Shown: positions 55,666-64,000 of the stretch, piece after piece
Numbering within the stretch: the stretch's first letter is position 1
Layout: every line of letters starts with the position of its first letter
Assembly (NCBI GenBank): GCA_002269645.1
Contig: NIVC01001076.1
Coordinates: 1 to 64,000 of the forward strand
From: Macrostomum lignano
Lineage: Eukaryota
Direction of reading: 5' to 3'
Length of the DNA stretch: 64,000 nt
Position numbers and translations under genes: made by a program
The notes under the pieces: generated by a model
Told to the model about the DNA's origin: nothing
What the model saw: the letters and a program-made list of their open reading frames with translations, nothing else
Database searches by the model: none

Positions 55666-56366
55666 GAAAAAAATTACAATTGCCTAATGATTTCTGCAAA
55701 GTTATAATAGCTGTCATAATCTTTTACATAGGTTACTCCATACTTATGAAACCAATGTCTTTGGAGAGCTAGATTAATATTAGGAACATTGATTTGAACG
55801 TCGGGCCAATATTTTCTCATGTACTCGCTGCATTCAAGTTTGCATCGGTACTTGGATTTGTAATTAGGCTCGTGCGTTTTGTAATAAGAACCTGGAGAGA
55901 CGATCGGAAACATTTTTATTGAGAATTTAGTTTTTTTCAAAGGGTGAGGACCCTGCGCTGATGATTTAAAGTCTTAGGGATCTGGTTTCATGTTGCGGAT
56001 TGAATGTGGGGAGAAGAATGAAGATTATTTTCTGATTGTTTCGAAGATGCTATGGGTGGATGTCGGTGTCAATGAGCATAACAGGTGTTAGTGGACATCT
56101 GTTATGCTCTGATTCTGTCAGGGATAGTAATGGATGGATTTAATAGGATTATGTTCGAAGTTTTCGGAGCAAGTGCGGCCCCTCCCCTTTTTCATGATTC
56201 TGTCAGGGATAATATGGATGGATTTAGGTGGATTATGGAGGACGTTTTGTGAGCGAGTGCGACCCCCCTTTTTTTCTGATTCTGTCAGGGATAATATGGA
56301 TGGATTTAATGGGATTATGGAGGAGGTGAAAAATTTTGTCCCAGAAGCCCCCTCATGCATTCTACT
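55495..56366 (-). repeat. Right terminal inverted repeat of the Polinton (872 bp)
   Basis: Reverse complement of 40129-40996. Confidence 0.97.
55674..55940 (-). CDS. Small ORF in the right TIR (copy of 40582-40821)
   Basis: Identical except K/R near the C-terminus. Confidence 0.45.
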   Translation of the reverse strand: MKKTKFSIKMFPIVSPGSYYKTHEPNYKSKYRCKLECSEYMRKYWPDVQINVPNINLALQRHWFHKYGVTYVKDYDSYYNFAEIIRQL

Positions 56367-56595
56367 TCTGCAAGTCGGATTTTAGCTTTAAAGCTAAAAT
56401 TCAAAATGGATTTTTTCACTCCAAAGCCGTGAAAAACACTTGCTACAGTAATACTACATGTGAAGTAGAAAGCACAATCAGGATGTAGAAGCTCGTAAAT
56501 AGGGGTAACGATGGGCATCGCGTGTACTTAACTATCGCTTTTAGGCCTTGGATTGCTTTTAAAAGCAACAGCGCGCTAAAACTTTCTCACTTCAG

Positions 56596-57097
56596 AGATC
56601 TCAAGCCGCAGAACGTGTTGATCACTGACGACTGGACGGCCAAGATCGGTGACTTCGGACTGGCTCTGCTGCGGGACCTCACCTCGGCCTCGGTGGCCTC
56701 CGATCGCCTGCAGGAGGAGGGCTGCCACGTGTACAACCCCGCAGGTACGGCCGCCTACATGGCTCCAGAGCTGCTCGAATCAACCAAGCCGTTCGAGTTC
56801 AACTGCGACGTCTACTCGTACGGCATCCTGCTCAACGAGCTCATCTCCGAGGAGCAGCCGTACAGCAGCCAGATGCGGCAATTCGGAGGCCGAGGCCCGT
56901 TCGCAGCCGCCAACTTCGCCAAGATGGGCAACCGACCGATCATCGCTCGCGGCATCGCCAAGCCCGTGAGCGACCTAATCAACAGGTGCTGGCACGCCGA
57001 TCCGAGCAGCAGGCCGAAGTTCGAGGAGGTCATGCTCAGCATCGAGGACAAGCGGTTCGTCATTCCCAACGGCGGCGGACTTCTTGTACGAAATTGA
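56596..57097 (+). CDS. Exon 2 of the TKL-group kinase (C-lobe)
   Basis: Acceptor ttctcacttcag|A completes R; then DLKPQN, DFG, GTAAYMAPE, DVYSYG, CWHADPSSRPKF; stop at 57095-57097. Confidence 0.92.
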
Positions 57098-57894
57098 AGC
57101 TATTATTCAAAGTCTGGGACGCTTGCAATTGTAATAACCTGAATGGTTTTTGTATTCATCACTTTTATCAAAAGCATGGAAAAGGGAGTTTTAACGCTTA
57201 TTTATTCCAGAAGTCAATTACATTCCACATTCAGAATTCAATCTTCGACTTGTCTGTTTGATCAAAGGGGACGGTTGTTTTATTCAATTCTAGTTTTTAG
57301 CTCGCACTCTATAAGCATAGTGTGTTTAGTTTGCATGCTTATTGTACGTCGTCTTACGGGCCATTTTCAGTTATATTTTTATCATTACAGATTACTGTAA
57401 TCAAACATTCTTTTATGTACCTTTGCCTAAAGTTTTAGTTTTGGGTTTAATATCTGCATGCAATTTTTAGCACAAATTAGCAGGTACGACTATAATACAT
57501 ACATACATCCTTAAACAAGACGTTTTATTGTTTTGCAAGTTGTTCGGTCATAAGATAAAACGTTGCATGTTTTGTTTTCAATTAAGAATATTTTTGCCTC
57601 CTTTGTACGACCTACCCAACTTGGCGGCCTTGCACTCATAAATTGCCTGTCCGGACACTTCTGACACCAACAGAGGCATCGGTGACAGCCAAAGTGGTGC
57701 TCCGATTGCATGTAGGTCAAGTAGGTCAAACCATGGAGGAAAGAATAGAATGAAGTGCTAATCTGAGCCAGTATTTTTGTTTCGCTCGATCTTCACTTTT
57801 AGCATCCCTTCCCCCCCCCGTTCCTTCCTATTGGCTCGCGACTGCCATAGACAAACTCGTTTTCGTCTCGTTTTTTGTTTTTGTCCCCCTCTGA

Positions 57895-58050
57895 ATGTAA
57901 CACCCTCTGAAAGTAACACCCTCTGAAAGTAACACCCTCTGAATGTAACACCCTCTGAAAGTAACACCCTCTGAAAGTAACACCCTCTGAAAGTAACACC
58001 CTCTGAAAGTAACACCCTCTGAAAGTAACACCCTCTGAAAGTAAAACCCT
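57895..58050. repeat. 16-bp tandem repeat (aacaccctctgaaagt)n
   Basis: Direct inspection. Confidence 0.93.
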
Positions 58051-58501
58051 CCCTTAGATATACCTTTTCAACTTCGGATTTGTCAAAAGTAAGTTCAAAT
58101 TCGTCAGCGTATGCAAAACTATATAGCGCTCAAGGGGAAGAGAATGAGTGTCTGTTGAAATGAACAAGTCATGAGCTGAGAGTATGCGAGACAAGACGAA
58201 AGTGCCAAGAGCACCGACAACCAACGATACGATTTATTACAAACGAAGTTCAATAGTAGCCACCCCACCCAGGGCTAAAACACCAACAATGTACATTAAA
58301 ATCACGATAGAGCAGGGACATGCAAAGAGCGTGAGCCACGGACCATGAGTACACGCACAGAGTTAAGAACACAAACAATACACTGAGTAAAAGCGCACCC
58401 CAACCCCACGCACCAGGCCCAACACTGCCCCCCGCCAAAGCAAACAAACACTGAAACCACAAGAACAAAACCAAAGAGTCAAGTACAGTCACAAAGAGTC
58501 A

Positions 58502-61500
58502 CTAGACTTTATAGCAGACAGGCTGGCGAGGCCGAAGCTCGTACGGCTCTCGCTGGCCACTGTTCATTGGCGCCGCCGTTGGTTCCGGATCAGGAAGGTG
58601 CTCAACCATGGCGCCAGGAAGCTGCTCCGGCAACTCCGCCTCAGGTTCGGCCCCTCAGGCGACCCAGGCGCACTCGGCCGGCCGGTCCACTGATTCGAGT
58701 GCGCCAGCCGCAGGCCGCCGTCCGATTGGTCCGCAGGGGCTACCAGCGCCGTGTTCTGGACGTGCTGCACCACGAAGTTGGCCGGAACCGGCGAAGATCC
58801 CGGACGCATCCTCAGCCAGATTGGATCGCCCACCTGTTCAGTCATGTTTAGCGGGTGGTGAAGGCGACGACCCCACATCAGAACGTCCGGAGATGCCGCT
58901 CGATTTCCACTGGGCCGACTGGTCCTGATCGTCAGCAGCAGTTTCTGCAGGAAGTGGTCGAACGGCACCATCTTCGTCCACGCCTTGAGTCCATCCTTGA
59001 TGATCCTCACCAGCCTTTCTGCCTGACCGTTCGAGGCCGGATGGTACGGTGGAGTGTGCAGCTCCTGGCATCCGATGCTGCGCAGCCACTGGGACACTTT
59101 CTCCGACTTGAACTCCGGCGCATTGTCCGACACCAGCGTCCGAGGCACTCCGTTCCTGGCAAATACCGCTCTCAGAACCCGCAGGACACTGTCCGCAGTT
59201 CGGTCTAGCACCTGAATCGCCTCAGGCCACCCGGAGTAGGAGTCCGACAGCGGCAGTAGCAGGCCGACTCCAGAAACCTCACAATGGTCCATGTGAACCC
59301 GGGACCACGGCTCACTCTCGGCTGGCCAGGTGTCGATTCTCCGCTGCAGGACTGGCCGAGTTTCTGAGCACTGCTGGCAGCGCTCCACAAAGCTGCGAAC
59401 ATCGCGATCGAGACCCGGCTGTTAAGTTTTGGCCGAAGAATGATAACAAATTCAAAGACAACTTTTATGAGCAGCCCTTGGCTTGCTACTTTCTATAACG
59501 TTCGCTCGCTCTATAAGCGAGGTGTTTTGAACCTTTTTATTTTATACCGCTTACAAGCATAGCTTATGCTTCTCGATGTCGTGGTCTGTATCGTGGAACG
59601 AGTTTGTAACCATAGACATACAGCCACAAAGTAAATTCAGTTATAGCTAAGAGCTCGATAGCTCACACCGGCCACCAGAACTCCTTGAGATGTGCGCCTT
59701 GGTGTTGTCGGCGCTCGGATGCACCTCGTCGTGCGCCACCTCCAGAATGCGCCTGCGGAGAACAGGTGGGGGCACAATTCTGGTTCCGTGGATCACCAGA
59801 CCGTCTTCCACCGACAGCGCCTCCCGGCACGCTTTGTACGGCCTCTCCACCTGCGACACCTGGCCCCACCGACCTGTTCTGATCCTCTGCTGCAGCCGCT
59901 TCATCAACATCCTGGTTCCCTCACGAAGATCCTGCAGAGTTACAAGAGCTCCTTCTGACACGACCTCTTCATGCTCCAGCTGGTGCACAGCGTCACTTGG
60001 AGGGTCTTGGGCAGAAAAACTCAAACGAGACAAGGCATCCGCATCAACCATCAGTCTTCCTGGCACATACTCAGTAGTCAAAAGCAGATAGTCGCAGGGC
60101 CCAGCGAGTTAGTCTTGCCGACACTGTTTTAGGAAGGTTCTTGCTGGGATTGAAGATGTACTTCAGTGGCTCGTGGTCAGTCTGCAGCGTGAACTCTTCC
60201 CCAGGAGCATCTTGCGGGCTCGCTCCACCGCCCAGACAATGGCCAGCGCCTCCCGCTCAATGTTGGAGTAGTTGGCCTCAGACTTGGTCAGCGCCAGAGA
60301 GAGGTACATGACTGGGTGCCCTGACTGCACCAGCACAGCGCCCGGAGACTGCTCGCTAGCATCCACCGCAGACACACCGGCGACTTGACGTCAAACGGTT
60401 TCACACACGGATTCTAGCTCAGGCTCTGCTTCACATTGGTGAACGCCGCCTCGGCAGCCACACTCCAGTCAAACACACGGTCCGCTCGACGAAGTTCCTG
60501 CAGAGGCCGACACTTCTCAGCAAAGTTGGGAACCAATCGACCATAGAACTGCGCCAAACCCAGAAACCGCTCTAGATCCTTCTTGCTTTTCGGAGCCTCC
60601 ACATCCTGAATCTTCTGCACCATTCCCGGATCCGGCTTGATCCCCTCTTCATCGATGATGTGGCCCAGGAACTTTAGGCTTCTGGCCTCCATAATGCACT
60701 TCGCTTCGTTGATTTTCATATTAGCCGCCCTCAGCTTGTCCAGCACCTTTTCTCTGATATTCTGAAGCTCCGCCTTTGACACCGCTCCCATGAGCACATC
60801 ATCCTGGTACACGATGACACTTAGGTGCTCACCCAGCAGCTTCTCCATCTCGCGCTGGAACACAGACGGAGAAACCTTGATGCCGTACGGCAGCCTGTTA
60901 AAGCGGTAGGAGCCGAAAGGGGTGTTGATCGTGGTGATGTCTTTTGACTCATTTTCCAGCGGAACCTGATAATAAGCGTCAGATAAATCCAGTCGGCAGA
61001 ACAACTTCTTGTTTGCCATCTTTGAGAAGGCTGTCTCGATGGACGGAGTCAAGTACGTCTGGTCCTGCAACCACTGATTGACAGCAGTGTAGTATCCGCA
61101 GATCCTCACAGACATCTTGTCGGATTTCACCGTGACCACTATGGGGCTGCCCCACTCTGAGGACGTCACCTTCTCAACTATGCCCGCCTTCTTCATCAGG
61201 TCCAGCTCCTTCTTCACCAGTGGACGCAGCGCCAGCGGCAGCTCTCTGGCTGGTTGGAAAATCGGCCTGGCTCCCGCCTTCAACAGGATCTCGCCAACTG
61301 CTCCCTTGATGCCCAACAAGCTCTCGTACCTGTTGTTGCTGGGCGGCTTGGCCTCATCTGAGTGGTGAGCTGGCAGCGAGCTGAGCAGATCCCGGCCGAG
61401 CAACCCGAACTTTTGCTCGCATTCGATGACGGGCAGCTCCGCCGCAGCGAAGCGGCCATCAGGGCCGCCAGTCTCCACCAGGCACTCCAGGATGCCGAGC

Positions 61501-62599
61501 TGCTTCATCACGTGCCCGTCGTAGGCCAGCATCCGAGACTTGGGCGACTTCAGAGGCGGCCTGCCGAGTTCTTCCCAGATCTTTCTCGAGATTAGTGAGG
61601 ACGAGGCGCCGCTGTCCTTTTCCATTTTGACCTGCCTTCTGTTGATTTTCACATCGCAGAATGCAGCAGGGGTGCCCGCACCGCAGTAGAAAACCGGCTC
61701 GTCTCTGGTCACGGCTGAGTCAGAGTGCTTGGATTCGTTGGGTGCGACAAAGTGCGTCCTGGCACTCCGGCAGACCTTCGCGAAGTGGCCAGTCTTCCCG
61801 AACTTGTGACAGGTGACCTTCAGGGCCCGGCAGTCTGTTGGTCTGCGATGTTGCCCCTTGCCGCAGCGCTGGCAGCTCTGGCCTCCACCGGCTCTGGGCC
61901 TCACCATCTCAGCCACGTTGATGCTGTTGGCACCAGCAGAATCCTCTTCTGGCACCTCCTGGCTAGCTGGCGATGCCTGATGCACCGCCGAGTCTCCTTC
62001 AGCTTGGCCGGAGGCAGTCAGTGGCCCGGACAAAAATTTGCTCACTATCTGAAGTTGCTGCACGTACTCGGTGACCTGGCTCACCGAGAGCTCTGCGGAG
62101 ACTTCGCACTCGAGGACCTTGCTCCGGACCTCCTGGTTGCTGAGACCGGCGATGAGGCGCATTTTGATCAGCTGCTCAGCTGGATCAACATTCTCGCCCT
62201 TCAGCTTCTCGAATTCGCACACCACTGCCTGCTCTTGAAGTCGGGCAGCGAAGCCGGCAACCGTCTCGCCGTCTCCTTGGCGCATGGACATGAAAGCCGC
62301 TCTCTCGGCAATCAGCAGCCTCTTCTTGGGCTCCAGAAACCTCACGAGGCACTCCTTGATTTCCGCCCACTTCATCTGCGAGAGCGGTTTGGCGCGACCA
62401 GCTGCTTCACTTTGATGAGCTGTGCCACGCCAAGGCAGCCAAGGAAGGCATCGGTCAACGCCAGATTGCCGGCTGTGTCATCAGTGCGATCGGTGTCCTT
62501 CACTCCTTTTGACCGCGCCTGGGCGTCAAAGACCTCGATCCAAGCCCGCAACTCTTCAATGTTGTTGAGAGGCAGTGGGTCTCGTAGCTTTATAGACAT
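58502..62599 (-). pseudogene. Gypsy gag-pol with frameshifts, stops and an insertion
   Basis: Gag zinc knuckles (CQRCGKGQH, GHFAKVC), PR DSGAS, RT LDLSDAYYQV and YQDD, RH VDAS..YSNIEREALA, IN RVHMDH/SDNAPEF/SNGQAER, C-terminal YELRPR. Confidence 0.9.
59420..59667 (-). mobile_element. Solo LTR of a second element, inserted in the Gypsy integrase
   Basis: TG...CA ends, 5-bp TSD CCGGC (59415-59419 and 59668-59672); removing it restores FWWPGLDRDVRSFVERCQQC; AATAAA on the minus strand. Confidence 0.88.
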
Positions 62600-63171
62600 C
62601 TGAAGATCCTGCTTGCGACGCCAAAAGTTGAAATGAACAAGTCATGAGCTGAGAGTATGCGAGACAAGACGAAAGTGCCAAGAGCACCGACAACCAACGA
62701 TACAATTTATTACAAGCGAGGTTCAATAGTAGCCACCCCACCCCAGGGCTAAAACACCAACAATGTACATTAAAATCACGATAGAGCAGGGACGTGCAAA
62801 GAGCGTGAGCCACGGACCATGAGTACACGCACAGAGTTAAGAACACAAACAATACACTGAGTAAAAGCGCACCCCAACCCCACGCACCAGGCCCAACAGT
62901 GTCTATGGTAAATTTTTATAGAAAGTGACTTCGAATTCGTCTGAGTAAGTGAAATTCGTCAGTGCAAATACAGCCTGATCAAAAAAAGTGTTTGCTTTGT
63001 CCATGGTAAGAAAAGGTGTCTAGGTGTCCATGGTAAATTTAAGTAAGAAAGTGAGTGAATTTCGTCTGTGGAAAAGTAGCCCAATTGCCTGAAATCTTCA
63101 TTTCATGCTTTGATTGTTGTCAGAGATGCCCTACATGAGAACAAACAGCCAATGTAACGCACAAAGTCCCG

Positions 63172-63495
63172 TCAAGCCGACGACTGATTGCCTGCGTTGT
63201 CACAGCAGGAGGAGCAGGAAAATCTGCAACAAGCTTTTGCTGAATTTATTTGAGGGTCACAGTCGGCTTCCCTTCCACATACCTCGTCAACGCCCCGAAC
63301 ATCTCCTCGGAAAACTTTAAGTCTCACTGCACCTCCACGCGCGTTAAGATCAATCCTACTCTCATTAGCATATCTCCTGATGATGTCACTCGCAGTTGTC
63401 ATCTTGATTTCCAGTACAATTGCGAGTTGTCTCTAGTCTCGTCCTTGTTGAAAACATCGCACGAGTCTAGAGCGATCCACAGACGAAATTCTCAT
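63172..63495 (-). pseudogene. N-terminal HTH remnant of a Tc1/IS630-like transposase
   Basis: MRISSVDRSRLVRCFQQGRD*RQLAIVLEIKMTTASDIIRRY..SRIDLNARGG resembles a paired-like HTH followed by an RGG linker; one in-frame stop; no DDE domain. Confidence 0.6.
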
Positions 63496-64000
63496 GTAGG
63501 GCACCTCTGACAACAATCAAAGCATGAAATGAAGATTTCAGGCAATTGGGCTACTTTTCCACAGACGAACTTCACTCACTTTCTTACTTAAAATTACCAT
63601 AGACACCTTCTTTTCTTACCATGGACAAAGCAAACACTTTTTTTGATCAGGCTGTATTTGCACTGACGAATTTCACTTACTCAGACGAATTCGAAGTCAC
63701 TTTCTCTAAAAACTTACCATAGACACTCATTCTCTTCCCCTTGAGCGCTATATAGTTTTGCATACGCTGACGAATTTGAACTCACTTTTAACGAATCCGA
63801 AGTTGAAAAGGTATATTAGATATTCCCTAGATAGGCCACTTTGTATTGCGGCAATAGGGAAAGCGCGACCGCTGTTTTTCGTGCGAAAAAAGCCGACGTG
63901 GGTTGCTTAAATTTTGAGTTCAGTAGCTTGGGACATAGACGCTATTTTTGAGAATTTGATAGAACTTGTTATCAATTAAATAAAAAGCTACTCAATCAAA

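Larger units (their letters stand above)
40129..56366. mobile_element. Polinton/Maverick (adintovirus-like) endogenous dsDNA virus/transposon, 16,238 bp
   Basis: Termini 5'-AGTAG...CTACT-3'; 6-bp TSD TCTGCA (40123-40128 and 56367-56372); ~870-bp TIRs; integrase, pPolB, protease, ATPase and capsid genes. Confidence 0.97.
58153..62898 (-). mobile_element. Ty3/Gypsy LTR retrotransposon, full length but decayed (4,746 bp)
   Basis: LTRs 58153-58424 and 62626-62898 (TGTTG...CAACA), 5-bp TSD GTGTC, PBS TGGCGTCGCAAGCAGGAT, PPT GGCGGGGGGCAG; gene order gag-PR-RT-RH-IN. Confidence 0.95.
58061..63813 (-). mobile_element. Tc1/mariner-type deletion derivative (about 1 kb, ~325-bp TIRs) interrupted by a Gypsy insertion
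   Basis: Termini TA|taccttttcaacttcggat ... atccgaagttgaaaaggta|TA; arms 58061-58152 plus 62904-63140 versus 63490-63813. Confidence 0.8.

Noticed and set aside
56522-56595. Standalone kinase ORF starting at 56522, and 38664-39995 as a complete gene
   Set aside because: Each has only half of the kinase domain; canonical splice sites join them exactly at HR|DLK.
62372-62400. Programmed ribosomal frameshift in Gypsy gag
   Set aside because: It lies early in gag, has no X-XXY-YYZ slippery site, and adding one A to an A-run restores VAPKPLSQMKW; an indel is more likely.

Overview
Eukaryotic (animal) genomic DNA with GC-rich, poly-Q/poly-P exons and satellite-filled introns; a Macrostomum-type flatworm is my guess, inferred from sequence style only. 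From left to right: (1) the 3' part of a + strand gene with PH-like segments (nischarin-like, weak call) carrying about 44 copies of a coding 33-bp repeat; (2) a tRNA-Arg(ACG); (3) an 11-coding-exon SHANK gene on the - strand (SPN/FERM-N, ankyrin, PDZ, Pro-rich tail; about 1,100 aa; no SH3 or SAM seen); (4) a foldback-like element, a decayed RTE-type LINE, MITE-like repeats and an LTR/PBS remnant; (5) a two-exon TKL-type Ser/Thr kinase with an unusual N-terminal repeat (GLHYKKDGTLDMR). The kinase's only intron holds the main find: a 16,238-bp Polinton/Maverick (adintovirus-like) element at 40129-56366 with a 6-bp TCTGCA target duplication and TIRs of about 870 bp. It encodes integrase, protein-primed PolB, adenain-type protease, packaging ATPase, major and minor capsid candidates, a parvovirus-type PLA2, a pX-like protein and a 2-TM protein with late-domain-like motifs. 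(6) The right end is a three-level nest: a solo LTR inside a Ty3/Gypsy element inside a Tc1/mariner deletion derivative. All family calls come from motif recognition by eye; no database searches were run.
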